This document shows, in pieces, positions 27,238-39,920 of a stretch of DNA of 64,000 nt (position 1 is the first letter of the stretch; every line of letters starts with the position of its first letter). The position numbers were made by a program, and so were the translations under genes. The DNA comes from Epiperipatus broadwayi (taxonomy: Eukaryota; Animalia; Onychophora). The notes beneath the pieces are model-generated. The model was not told the DNA's origin. It ran no database searches and saw nothing but the letters and a program-made list of their open reading frames with translations. The DNA is taken from NCBI GenBank assembly GCA_028023455.1, contig JAQFVV010000006.1, forward strand, positions 1,674,001-1,738,000. Direction: 5' to 3'.

Positions 27238-28016
27238 TATGTGATGTGATGCACGGTGGCTTCTCCTTTATCGGAGTTGGGAATCTCAGCCACAATGCCC
27301 AGAGAAAGCTGTTAGCCACTTTACCTTTCCCTTCTATTCCCCACCCTAACTTTTTCCCATATTCTTCACTATCCTGCTCCATCCCACTTTCACAACATAA
27401 TCTTTGTCAACCGTATGGCCTTTATATCTAAATTCCCATTTATCATTCCCCAAACCTAGCATAAAAACCAAGAACCCACTTTCTGTATAACCTCTTTGTT
27501 TATATTTATTCTGCCCACAACTTCATTATTTGTATCTTTTCTGCTTGCAGGCATTTCCATTCAATTAACAGATGTCTAATATTTTGTATGCCTTTCTTAC
27601 ATAACTTGCAGACTAACTCACCCATATTTTTCCATTTATGGGTATACTCCCTTGGTTTTTTTTAAGTGTCATAGCATTGGCCGGGACGCGAACCCGCAAC
27701 CCGGGCAACTGCCTGCAAGTGCAAGGCAGTCATGCTGACCTCTCGACCACCAATGCAAGACTACTCCCTTGTAGTTAAATATCATTAAACTACTTTCGTT
27801 ATCATCATAAATTAACTCACACCCAATGTTCCGTTTACTTCTATATATAATTAAACACTTTTTACTCTCCGTTCTAGTTCTCCATCTCTCCAACTCCCTA
27901 TTTTTTATTAATGCATCTATTCTTCTATTGCATTTCTAGCTACTATAACATTCAACAATTCTTCTAACACAATAATCCCCCCTTTTGCATAAGTATACTG
28001 ACATAAATTCTTCATC
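27238..28016 (-). mobile_element. LINE family L 3' fragment, interrupted by a tRNA-derived retroposon
   Basis: Reverse complement is homologous to ~3765-4430 (EFMSVYLCKR..CVRRIVEC, CCHC region, 3' UTR, CATCAC tail). Confidence 0.85.
27655..27761 (-). mobile_element. tRNA-Gly-derived retroposon (SINE or retropseudogene) with A-tail and 10-bp TSD
   Basis: Minus strand GCATTGGTGGTCGAGAGGTCAGC..GGTTCGCGTCCCGGCCAATGC, then TATGACACTT and A8. TACTCCCTTG at 27645-27654 and 27762-27771. Confidence 0.85.
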
Positions 28017-28423
28017 TCTTAGTGTTATAGCATTGCCTAGTGAACTTATTGTAATATTAAGATAATAAATGGTGTAAAAGCAAAGACTATAAATAGTCAA
28101 TAAAAAATAGTCATATATCACATGACCACTTCTTTTTTAATGCTTGCAGGATATAAACAAAGAGCTTTGCTAATGGCTCAACAAGCTTTGAGATAAATGC
28201 TTAGCAAGAGAGAGCATTTAAAATATCTCCATCTTAATACCCCCCCCCCCATTCCCTGACCAATTAGCAAAGCTCTTTTGTTTAATAAACGGCATTACTC
28301 TGATTTATACATATAAAATATAGTTTATTAATATAATGTAATATATAATTGATTATTTTATATAGATTTATTTGTTTATGTTGTATATGCTTTTTTTTTT
28401 TAATGTTTATTTATTTATTTCAG

Positions 28424-28512
28424 GGCTTTGTATGAAAAGGGTTTAAGAGCATTTGTTTCATTTATTCAGTCTTATTCCAAGCACGAATGCTATCTTATCT
28501 TTAGGATTAAAG
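28424..28512 (+). CDS. DDX55: Internal coding exon of DDX55/Spb4 ([31 protein letters not shown])
   Basis: Long T tract and CAG acceptor (AG at 28422-28423), GTAAGT donor at 28513. The 89-nt exon is phase-compatible with 7128-7207. The peptide matches the recalled DDX55 motif [31 protein letters not shown]. Confidence 0.92.
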
Positions 28513-29288
28513 GTAAGTTGTTGGATTTCTTTTCATTTTTTATGTTATTGTAGTTTATTACCTTTGGAAATAAGAATTACTTATTAAAAGAGAAAAAGTT
28601 TTTTAGTATATTGCCATTTTTAAAAAGGTAAATTATAAGGATTCACTATTGTTGGAAAAGATTTTTTTTTTACCTATGTTTTTGAAATGGGAATTAAGCT
28701 TTTTAATATCAAACGAATTTATATGATTTTGCTCGTGAAAGGAATTTACAATGCTTTTTGATCTCTTTAATATTTAATAACGGTGAGGCATAAATAGCTA
28801 ACGAACGAATGGTTTGTATTTCCAGTGAAATAATTCCATGGTTAATTTGAATATATTTATTACCAGCTCTACTTAATTATTGAGTTTCTAATATTAGCCA
28901 CTAGAATGCCCTGAAGTGTCTCGGACACTGAGTGAAATATATATATAACATTCAGACTCTCTGATTATTAAACATTTTCGGTGTATTGTTTTATATATGT
29001 CAATTAAATCTTAGAGTGAATAGAGTAATTTATTAGAGAGAGCTGTGTGTATATATATAAACCTTAGAAGCCAGTCAACACTTAAGACAAACACAGTATA
29101 GATAATAATCAACAATCTCAAACTGTTGTCAAGGCAACTGCTTTTATTTTTCTATATATATAATATAATTTTATGAGTCGATGTCTGTATTTCTTCAAAG
29201 CAATATACATAATTATATAATTGAATATTTATACATACAGTAATCAGATATATATATATATAAAGTATAACTTTAAAAATTTTATCCA

Positions 29289-29460
29289 CTTAGAAGCGCT
29301 TTCAACTATCCTCATAGTCTTTGTCAACTAACACTTTGAAAGATTAACCTTCCCACAATTCTGTGATCTTAACGTTTGCTGCCTGCCTGTTAATTAAGTC
29401 ATGTTTGTATTTGTATATTAGCATAGCTTCCTTTATTTTCCTTTTGTTGTTATTTTTTTC
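29289..29460 (-). mobile_element. Penelope-like element 3' remnant: GIY-YIG C-terminus plus variant HHR
   Basis: EKNNNKRKIKEAMLIYKYKHDLINRQAANVKITELWEG* is homologous to the 35180-35360 fragment. Just downstream is UUAG-UUGACAA-A-GACUAU-GAGG-AUAGUU-GAAAG-CG-CUU-CUAA (29331-29290). Confidence 0.75.
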
Positions 29461-29761
29461 AATTATATAATTACATATATATATATAAATAAAGATGAAG
29501 TCAAAAAATAGGAATAGTATGTAATAGTGAAGGAACACTTCTTTCACTGGCTGTAATTATGTGCTTACTATCAAATCAGTCTCTACAGTGCAGATGAAAA
29601 ACTAATCTCTTTTCAACTGCAGTCTATAATAATAATAGATCACACAAAGGTTAATACTAAAGCGAACATCAATCTTTTAAGATAGAAATATTTTGTAATG
29701 TTTTTGATAAATTTCAAACTTACCACCCTTACAACATTAACACAAACCACTTGATGGAAGT

Positions 29762-31470
29762 ATATTAATAATTTTTATCAATCATCCATTAGACTAAAAA
29801 TTATTTACTTAATGAATAATATATCTGTAGTGTAATTTTCATATCACCACTCTCATACATGATAGGGACTGGTGTAGTGAAAATTATACAGCAGAAATAT
29901 GATTCATTATGTGGATAATCTCTAGTCCAGTGATCTTCAACCTTTGGTCCGTGGACTGGCACCGGGCCACAGAAGTTTTCTGCTGGTCCGCATTAACTGG
30001 CAGGAAAGTGTGTAATAACAAAATAATAAGATTTTAAACTTTTAATTAATATAAATAATTTTTATTTTTTCATCGCAACTGCTTAAATAAAATTAATTAT
30101 AAATCAAAATTTTATTTAAATTATTAAATAATACTATAATTACTAAATAATAATTGAAGAAATTTATTTGAAAATGCAATCTTTAAAAAACAAAGTGTCA
30201 ATCTCATGATAATTGCACCACTCCTTACACGTCAATTTCTATATCTAGTAGGCATTGCTGTATAGCGTTAGCTCATTTATTGGTTATATATAGCAAATTT
30301 TTTATTGCATTTGTATCATCTTTTTATTTTGTGTGTGACATTTCTTTTTGAAATGGTAAACTTCACAAAATGGAGACAAAATAAATCAAACAACAAAATC
30401 TTTTGGCCTTCTTAAGAAGAGACAAGGATAATATTCCAGTAAAAAGTGATGCTGATACTGAAAGTATGGCAAGTACTAGTGTTTCAACTCTTGAAGAAAC
30501 GAGGAAAAAGAGATATGTCAATACTTCAGAATGTGCAGTAAAAGGAGGTCATTTTTTTTCTACGATAAAAATTAATAAAAAAGGCCATTTTATTAGAAAT
30601 TACAGTAAGGAGTATTTAAAACTTGGTTTCATAGTTGCTCCTGACTGAACTATTACCACAACCTTTGTGTGTAGTATGTTCCGAATTTTTGTCAAATGAA
30701 GCTATGTGACACTTTACCAAAACCAACTTTTCAGCTCAATTTTCCCAGTGGCTTTACAGGTGGTCCTCAGGTGACTTCAAGAATAAACAACTAATGCAAT
30801 CTGGTGTTATTTTAATCTCATTTTTACCCAGTTTAAAAAAAAAAGAAACGGAACGAAAACAAAATCTAATCCATCATACATAAATTAATTTGTTTTTCTA
30901 GTTATCACAGATGTTTAGGGGGGGGGGTTAGAATTAAATTTTTTATTAATTTTCTAAAAAAATTCAAAATTAAAAAAAAAAAGTTTTTTATTATACAAAC
31001 TCCATATATATATAACTTCATCTTGTATATTTAACATTAAATACAGATATTACATTTATCATAATCATTGTCATGTAATTACACTAGCTGTGATATTTCC
31101 CAACATTCAGGTGAATAACATTTTATTCTTGCATATTTTAACAATAAAATGATAAACATAGAAATGCAAGCACCTTAATGAGAATGATTCTTATTGTACT
31201 GTTTTTTGTAGCAGTATGACTGCGCAACTCGAGAAAGAGTGTTCAGCATGTGAAGGTAAGCAACACCATTACAATACACTGTAACTAGTGTGTTGTTTTA
31301 GTCTGTTATAACAATTATGCTCATCTAAGGCTAAGCAGTTTAAATCTTTAAGGAAATTTATCTGTAGACTTCTGCCAGTCCGCGAAATCTTATTCTTATT
31401 TTTGCCGGTCTGCAGGTGTGAAAAGGTTGAATACCATTTCTCTAGTCTAATGAATCGCTAAGAAAAATTA
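29762..31470 (+). mobile_element. Fold-back fragment of HHR subfamily A2, split by the hAT insertion
   Basis: 29762-29927 and 31440-31470 rejoin to GTGGATAATCTCTAGTCTAATGAAT, matching the uninterrupted copy near 51490-51520. Confidence 0.7.
29928..31439 (+). mobile_element. Internally deleted hAT transposon (Charlie/Buster-type) with 8-bp TSD
   Basis: TIR CAGTGATCTTCAACC versus GGTTGAATACCATTT (11/15). CTCTAGTC at 29920-29927 and 31440-31447. Broken transposase N-terminus at 30370-30710 (RNYSKEYLKLGF..LPQPLCVVCSEFLSNEAM). Confidence 0.9.
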
Positions 31471-31703
31471 TTCTGTAAATGTTCAACATTCGGTTTTAAT
31501 ATTTAAACCTTTTTAATTTTGTATTAGAATTCAATAAATTGAGCTTGATTTGTTAGATGTACAAGCTTACAAATGAAAAATACGCTAAAAAAAATCATGT
31601 TTGAATTTTACACAATATATCTTTTTCAAAAGTTATATCAGGTGAGATGTATATAAGATAATGTCAAATATTATTATCTTTTGTAATAAAACAAAATATA
31701 CAA

Positions 31704-31786
31704 GTCAAGCTTTGGTTGTGTAGTGGTTAGCATAGCTGCCTTCCGAGCTGCTGCATTCCAGTCAACGCATTTGACATATGAAAAAA
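31704..31786 (+). mobile_element. tRNA-Gly(TCC)-derived retroposon with T-arm deletion
   Basis: GTCAA leader, GCTTTGGTTGTGTAGTGGTTAGCATAGCTGCCTTCCGAGC..GTCAACGCA, then TTTGACATATG and an A-run. Confidence 0.75.
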
Positions 31787-31967
31787 TATATATACAATTT
31801 AAAACACTTGATAATACCCCAAAATTTAAGGGTGAGTTTTTAAAAAATTTGATTGATAAGATTACAACATTTTACACAGTAAATATTTTAGTTCTATAAA
31901 TATTTTAGGAACATTCTACAAAACATAATTAAATAAAAATCTATTTCTCTTCCTTTAATTCTATAGA

Positions 31968-32440
31968 ACAATGCTTAATAAATGTCTGTCCTGTGTTATT
32001 TCTTTTTCTCTACTTCTGCCACCTTGGGTACATTGACGTAATTAATAGATACTATATGACAATGCTTAATAAATCTATCCTATGCTATTTTTCTTTCTCT
32101 ACTTCTGCCACTTCGTGTAAGTTTGAGTAATTAATAAATACCATATCACAATGCTTAATAAATCTCTATCCGATGCTATTCTTCTTCCTCTAGTTCTGCA
32201 CTTTGTGTAAGTTTGAGTAATTAATAAATATCATATGACAATGCTTAATAAATCTCTGTCCTTCGCTATTTCTTTGCCTCTAGTTCTGCCACCTTGTGTA
32301 AATTTGAATAACTAATAGATACCATATGACAATGCATAATAAGTCTCTATCCTATACTATCTTATTCATATCCCCAAACTAGTTATAACTTATAAGCTTT
32401 CATCAGTGATCAGTTTTGAATCTAGATAGGTAGTTCTTTT
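31968..32440 (-). repeat. ~90-bp minisatellite (about 4.4 units) attached to a decayed family-C-like HHR
   Basis: ACAATGCTTAATA recurs at 31968, 32059, 32148, 32238 and 32329. Minus strand 32430-32365 (CAAAACTGATCACTGATGAAAGC..AACTAGTTTGGGGATAT) aligns with the family C HHR region. Confidence 0.8.
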
Positions 32441-35044
32441 CAAATTGTTGAAGGGAATGATCTGATGTCATGGTTTTTTTTAAACAAAAAATGTTTTAGA
32501 GAATGAATGAATAATTGAAAATTGTAATCCTGTTTGTGCATTTTTTAGATGAATGAAATGGCTGTTTAATGTATCAAATATTTGGAAATGAAATTATTAT
32601 TTTTCTTTAACTTTTTCACATTTGACTTTTTTATCACCCACATCTAGTGAAATTTCAGTTAATAATGCAACATTTTAATCTTAATTTTATTATGAATCAA
32701 TAAATTGGGCTTAATTTATTACAATTTATGTTTAACCCAAAAAAAAAATTCTAAAAAAATCATATTTGAACTTTGCAAATATTAGAAAAGTGTTAAGAAT
32801 GTGAAATTCGTAACAAAGACAGTGACTTTATTTCATTTACCGGCTATTTATCATAGCACTATTGCAAAAAGAGAATTAATAAAATGTGTTTGTTGAATCA
32901 ATTCCAGTTTTTAAATCTGAATGAATTACTGTAAAGTTGTAACAAATCTTTTGAAATATTTATCTGAAATTGTTTGTTGTATTTATATTTATTAAATTAT
33001 TACAACAATTTAGAATCACTGCTGGTTGCCAGAATGCCAACACCAGTTGTTTCGCTGCTTCCTGTATAATTTTCTTCAAGTTTCTTAACTTGTATTTTTA
33101 AAAGTCAAATATATCTTTAAAAAAATCTAAATAAAAATATATTTTATTTTTAATAATTTTAATGGAAATATTTTGTAAAATTAATTACAAATAATTATAT
33201 ACATTATGAAATTATTCATTTTTTTTTCTTTCTTTTAAAGTATTGATTAGGTAGTCCTTTTAATATTTGTAATCAAAAAAATCAACCAATTAGAATCCTC
33301 TTGCTTTGTTAGACTCATTCATCTTATATTCTAAAGGTTGCTCTTAGCATGTAATATTGACTTTATTAATTACAAAGAGAATCTGAAGATGTCAGTAGTC
33401 CATAGAAAAGTTTAATTCAACTTTTTAATGCAAAATGATCAAAAATAATTGTAAAAAAGCGTGATCACAACACTGCATGAGAAACTGCAATAACTAATCA
33501 AAAGGCTAAGAAAGATAATATAAGAGCTGATTGGTGATGTAAAAATATTCCTGGTTAGGAGCCGAACAATTTATAATTATAACATTTAAATCTGATTTAT
33601 GAGTGAAAAAAGATAAGTAAATAAAGTTAAAGTAAATTTTAAATTGCAAGGAAAATTAAAAGGAAATGAATGAAAGATATCTTTACAATCCAGTTTATTA
33701 TTGGTTATTACTAACATTACAGAGATTGTGTGACAGACTGGAACTTAAAGTCCATGGTTTGTGTCTAACTATTGCTTTTAGTGTTCCACTTCTTATGAAT
33801 TCCTGAACAATTAAAGTCATTCAATATATTATTGTTTGCTTCAGTGGTATATATTATTCTGGATTTATATTTAATTGGCTGTATAAAACTTACAATTTAA
33901 TTACAAAATAGAAAACTGTTTTAAATAAGTTCTGATTATCATCGTCATTAACAGCCAATCAAAGACAACTATTGGTAATCTAATTTTAGAAAACAAAGGA
34001 TACAAAGAAAAAATGAAAAGGTTGAAAACAAAGACAGAAATGACAAGATTGGAATCAGAATTGATGTGTGTATAGTGCATAAAGAACAGAGATATGGTTA
34101 CATTCACTGCAAAGAGATAAAACTCATGATAACCAGATTCTGTAAATTTCTAACTGACAATAATAAGTTTAAAGAAAGGTGAGTGAAAAAGCAGGATTAT
34201 TAATTTAGTTATACATATTAGTGGTTATTAATTGGTGAATTAAGAATCGGAGTGAGAAAATTAAAATATGATTAGAAATAAAATAAACTTCATGAATTTT
34301 TTATTAAATGAAAACATTTGCATATTCCCCCCCCCCCCCAATTTATCTCTTCCTTCTCTATTGCGCACTTTCTCTTACTTCTGGAAATGAATATGTTGTT
34401 GTCGGAGTAATAATTCATTTTCTTTAATTTTGCTCCAAAGCCATCTATAGTAAGTTTGAGTAATCACTGGAAGTTAGATTAAAGCCTGCATTGATTATCA
34501 TAAGGATAAGAAAAACTGATGCTTTGTGTTTTATATTAAATAAATATTGATCATTGTTGTCACATTTTTAATTAATATCTTCGGGTTTAGGTAGGTAGAT
34601 ACCGTGCTTTAAAATTAAGAAGGATAGAGAATATTATTCTTTCTTCAATGCGTTTAAACCCCATCATTCGTATTTCATTATAATATATATATAATATTGA
34701 TTTATCACTTCTGCATCTTAAAATGTTATTGCTTTTAAACAAGTATTGATAATTTTTTAAAAAATATATGTATACATTAAAATAATTTTAGCTGCACGTC
34801 ACTCTCAAAAGCTTTCAAAAATCCTATCAGCAAAATTTAGAGAAACTAGGGTCCCACATGCTTAATATATAAAATCAATACTTTGCTGTCTTGGGTTTCA
34901 TTTTTTTTTCCATTGATTTACAATGAAAAAAAAAGTTGTTTTCCCCCATAAAAGAAGAATATTGTATTACATATAAGAAGTAAATAGTTGGGTGTTTATA
35001 TATATATTTAAAATATTATATATATAATAAATAAAATATCCGTT

Positions 35045-35590
35045 AATTAAAAACAATATTGTAATTATAATTGAAATAATATTTTTAACGGTTTATAAAC
35101 AATTACAAACAATCTTAAAATCCGCATTAGTACTTTCGGTTACTTTCTAACCTGCCTCAACTGCCATTAAATTCTTTGATCACGAAAAAACATGTAAATA
35201 TAAATTTAAATTTACTTTTGAAAATGTGAAAATTCTTCATGAAGAGAGAAACCATAGTAAAAGAAAAATTAAAGAGGCAATTTTTATAAACAGGAATAAA
35301 ACGCATTTAATAAATCGACAAGCTTATAACATTAAAATACGAGATTCTTGGAATTTGAATTGATGACGTTTGCTTCCGCTTTTGGTTTTTGAATTTAATG
35401 GCAGTTGAGGCAGGTTAGAAAGTAACCGAAAGTACTTCTGCGGATTTTAAGATTTTTAATGTTTGCTTCCGCTTTTGGTTTTTGAATTTAATGGCAGTTG
35501 AGGCAGGTTAGAAAGTAACCAAAAGTACTTCTGCGGATTTTAAGATTGTTTGTAATTGTTTATAAACCGTTAAAAATATTATTTCAATTA
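35045..35590 (+). mobile_element. Penelope-like element remnant: inverted 5' pLTR, GIY-YIG C-terminus and tandem 3' pLTR (93-bp period)
   Basis: FENVKILHEERNHSKRKIKEAIFINRNKTHLINRQAYNIK at ~35215-35340. ~35050-35175 is inverted relative to ~35485-35590. HHR-like motif at 35401 and 35494. Confidence 0.85.
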
Positions 35591-35689
35591 TATATATATA
35601 ATGTTTTAAATACATATATATTTTCTAATGTAATTATAAGGGATTTGAAATATTACATATTCAGCCTGTATTCGGCCCATACCTCTTTT

Positions 35690-35985
35690 GTATAATTAAA
35701 TGGACATATTAAGGTCCTATGTGTGAGGGGTTAGAGACTGGCTTAAGGTCAACATGGGTTTGACGATAATACTGGCATCAGCAGTGCTTTGAGCGTTCCG
35801 TCCTCAGATTTATAAATTATATGGATGGCTGAAGAGTTGGAGAGTGGAGAAGATTGAAGCTTGCCCATTTAAGTTTGAAGATTTTCTATCTTAATATAGA
35901 CTGAGTGCTGATTGTACATATGTATGAGAGATGGGGATCTGGACCAACTGATGAGTGCTGATTCTGCATGAAGTATTTGGTCATG
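35690..35985 (+). mobile_element. HHR element family A fragment
   Basis: Homologous to 12705-12920; GATCTGGACCAACTGATGAGTGCTG at ~35936-35960, truncated after stem II. Confidence 0.7.
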
Positions 35986-37419
35986 GGTATCAATTGCGTA
36001 AGATGGACTGGATATATGTATATATTGGTAGAGAGCCTTAAATTGCTCTGTGCAGGATAAATAAATGTTTCCACAGACTCTTAAAGAGGAATAATGAATG
36101 ATACCAGGCTTTCCAATTGCTGACTAGCGAGGGTTTGGGCAGCTAGATCCCTATTTATCGATTCAATATTTATTGGCTAAGAGATAACTATTTGCAATCC
36201 AAACCTGTTTGGAAACTTGAAAAAATGTCAGTATGGGTTGTCACAGAGCAGAGATTTGGATGATTAGAAAAAGGAAAAAAGCAATGTGAAAACTTGTAGG
36301 TATTTGGTTGTGGATTTAGTAAGTGAAAAGAGGTTTATTATTGAGAAACTTATGAAGTAAAGAAGAATATTGGGTTAAGACATATTTAGAGCTAGAGGAA
36401 TTATGAGATTGTTGAAAGATTCCCTGAAATCCAAAAGAAAAAGAGATGGGAGGGTTTTTCAGTAATAATGTGCAAAACTGCACATTTTGGTTTTTAAATA
36501 ATATAACATTTCAAAAATTTACTATCACTTTATGCATACAATGATCCCTTTCCCCATATGTATCTTTAAATTGGAACATTGACAAAGTAGATTTGGAAGG
36601 CAATGATAAATTAGTGTGCAGAACCTGGCTTTCAAATTGCAAAGATAAAACGGCTTTATGTATAGGAAAGAGTTTGAAAAAATACTATGAATCTATATAT
36701 ATATATATATAGTGGTCCTTCTTATATCCATGATACTCGATTCCAAGCTATGACATGATAAGAAAATTTGCTGATAGTAATGAATCATTTCGTACTATGC
36801 ATTTTAAATGTGTGTATATACTGGAGCCATGTGTTGAAAACATGAAGGTCACACACATGCACAAATATTTGGGACATAGCACAATGGCTGTGAGTAAAAG
36901 AAATTAAGAGATTTGGGATATAGAATAATTGCTATCTAATATATATATATATTATTTTGTTGTTTTCAAATATAATGTCTATTATTCTGCCTTACATTGC
37001 ACTTTAAAAACAAAGCTGTGTACTATTAAATAATCTTAATGAATTGATAAATTATAAATAAATCAAAATAATAGACAACTCGTCAATATACAACTTAATT
37101 TAATATCATCTAATCTCAAGACGCCATTTTTAAAATTTATCATGTGACAGGAGTGTTCTAGCATTGTACACTCTAGTGGTCACTAGTAGAAACACTCATG
37201 AAAAAAAAATTTTTTTTAAAATTTATATATATGTGCTCTTATTCATTTCTTTAATAACTTATAATTATTATTTGTAAGCACACAAACATTTAATTCATGT
37301 CTTATACTATCAATATATATATATATATATTTATCTTATATAGATGTACAGTTGCCATGTAACTGACAATGACCATTTTCCTTCCAATTTTATTGAACCG
37401 TTGACCATATTAATACATT

Positions 37420-38010
37420 CATTTATGTTTTCTTGTTTATATAATGTTTCATAATATTTCTTTTTTTAAAATTGTTAGCATACGTTATTACTTTTATATT
37501 TTTCTCATAATTTATTATATGTCTTGTTTTTAAATAATGTTTACATGGTCCAGACTTAGTATTTTTCCTTTTTAATTTGTCACATGTAATTATATAAACA
37601 TTTTCTATTCTATTATTAATATTGTCATTCATTTTTGCATTGTATAACTATTTTTTTCCATCTTCCGTTCTATATTTACTTCATCCTTTAACTTACATGT
37701 ATATACTTCTACTGAATATGGAATTGAAATCCATTTTTTAACTGGATCTATTTTCTTCCCTTTTATATAATTTCCATTTCTAGTATTTGAAAATTTTCTA
37801 ATTACTTTTCCATTATAACCAATTTCAATATATTTTTTCTCTGTTTCTAATTTCTACACATACACACCTCTTTTTTATTTAATGAGAGTCTATCATTTTT
37901 GACTTTAAATTTTTTCAAAGCTGCCATTTTTTGAGACATAGTTGGTATGATTTAGAATCAATAACCCATCTAATATTTTTATCTTCAATAAAATGTTATA
38001 TATATATTTC
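37420..38010 (-). pseudogene. Penelope-like pol remnant (RT thumb, linker and GIY-YIG)
   Basis: Frameshifted minus-strand peptides MSQKMAALK, KKWISIPY and ENVYIITC..KSGPCKHYLKTRHIINYEKNIKVITYANNFKKRNIM. Confidence 0.7.
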
Positions 38011-38168
38011 CCTTTATATCTTGATTTAAGTTCAAGTCTAAATATTTTAATCCTTTCTTATCTTTTTTTATAATAATCCTAATATTATACTTATTATTAT
38101 TTAACTCTTTAAATGCATACGCCTACTGTTTCTATTTATAATTATATCATTTACACATCTAATAATGT

Positions 38169-38680
38169 TATAAATAAGGGGTTTGAACTCACTTGCACAC
38201 GACCCTCAACTACCCATGCTATCTCGTACTGCTGATGTACTTGATCACACCCGTCAAAAAGATAAATAATCACCAATATATGTATTTCGTGCTAAACCAG
38301 CACTCATCATTTGGTCCAGATTATCATTTCCACAGTCAATGCTCAGCTTTATATTAAGATGGCCAATCTTCATACTTTAATGGAAAGGCTTCAAACTACT
38401 CCAACCCACAACTCTTCAGCCTTCCATTTCATTGAAAATCTGATAACAGAATGCTCAAAGCCCACATTAGTGCCAACCTTCTCATTCTACCCATGTTGAC
38501 CATAAGTCACCCTGACCCCTCATATACAGGACTTAATCAATTTATATACATATACAAGGGATGGGCAGACCTTAATGCACTATTTTATAATAAATAAATT
38601 TTTTCTAAAGTACAGGCTGTTTCATACCAGCACTCCTATATGTAATAAATAGAGGGTTTGAACTCAGACTTAGAAAAAAT
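38169..38680 (-). mobile_element. HHR element family A, full monomer (~478 bp) with short terminal redundancy and 13/14-bp TSD
   Basis: GGGTTTGAACTCA recurs at ~38178 and ~38654. ACATCTAATAATGT (38155-38168) versus ACATCTATAATGT (38681-38693). HHR at 38268-38322 with a C3A change. Confidence 0.8.
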
Positions 38681-39803
38681 ACATCTATAATGTAAATTTT
38701 TTTTTATTTTTAATATATTTATCAATTACATTTTCCTCAATAAAACCACTTGCTGCACTAATTAATAATAGCTTGGAATTGATAGTTACCTATTAACATC
38801 ATTGCTAGAAATACTGAAATCCTCCATGTATTATTTATTTACATCTTAATTAATTTATAAAAGTATTTAATATTTGACATATGTACGTATATTTGTGTAT
38901 GTCTGCGAAGCAGTAATTGTGGGGTTAGTTGCATGGGCGTGATGTCATTCAAGTACCTTATTGGCATCTTTAGGCACAACTCTTTCAATCAGTTGAAGAA
39001 ATTGATATTTTTTTCTCCCTCCCTGGGAATCAATTCAGAAGCCTTTAAGTTTTGAATTCACCAGTTGACCACAGTATAAAACACCGCAGGGCTGACTTTA
39101 AAAAGATCTGCTACATTACATGCTTTATATCTGAAAAATCTCTTAGTATCTAGCGATAAGAAAACTACTAATCATTAATGATAGCATACAAAGACTCTGC
39201 TCCCGAGATATAAATGTATCGATATGAAAGCTTTTCATCGATTACTTTTACAGCACGTCAGAGCACAAACTGTTCTAATGATTTGAGCTGTTTACAAAAG
39301 ATAGTATTTTAAATACGAATCATCGTTGTAAGGCATTCTCATCTGAATAATCAATTTTTTTTTTTTACATTTATTGACAAACCGAACTTTCTGTTAGCAC
39401 ATACCAATAGATTTATAGTTTTGTAAATTCCCTACATCTCTTTACAGAAAAGCATTAAAAAAACATTAACTAAAAACTTATTGATTAGCAATGATTCTGA
39501 AAATGTTGGAAATTTCTACAGATTATTGATAGTTATAAACATTTATAACCTTTTTTTAAAAATTATTCCATGGAAAAAAAAGTATGTTCTAATAAATAGA
39601 AAATAAATAAAACTCATTTCTATTTACCTTTTATTTGTTTCTTTACATGTTGTTAATATGCATCTCAGCCTATACACCCTTAATCGTGACGTCATATTGG
39701 ATGTTTGAGCCATATGGATAAGTTTGTTTATCTTGGAGAGTTTTGTTGGTCATTCTTTATAAAGCTAAGTGAAAGTAATTTAAGTTTAAATATTTATTCA
39801 TAT

Positions 39804-39920
39804 TGTCAAGCGTTGTTAGCCGAGAGGTCAGCGCAGCCGCCTTGCAAGCAAGCAGTTGGTTGCAGACGGTTGTTGCGGGTTCGCCTCCCGACTGATGGTG
39901 TGACATATGGAAAAAAAAAA
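39804..39920 (+). mobile_element. tRNA-Gly-body retroposon with TGC at the anticodon position, A-tail and 10-bp TSD
   Basis: GTCAA leader, GCGTTGTTAGCCGAGAGGTCAGC..CTTGCAAG..GGTTCGCCTCCCG, TGACATATG, A10. TTATTCATAT at 39794-39803 and 39921-39930. Confidence 0.85.

Noticed and set aside
31968-32365. CRISPR-like periodic array
   Set aside because: Whole units are repeated with no unique spacers; eukaryotic context and no cas genes.
33385-33420. CTGAAGA..GAAA motif
   Set aside because: Stem II and helix III do not pair convincingly.
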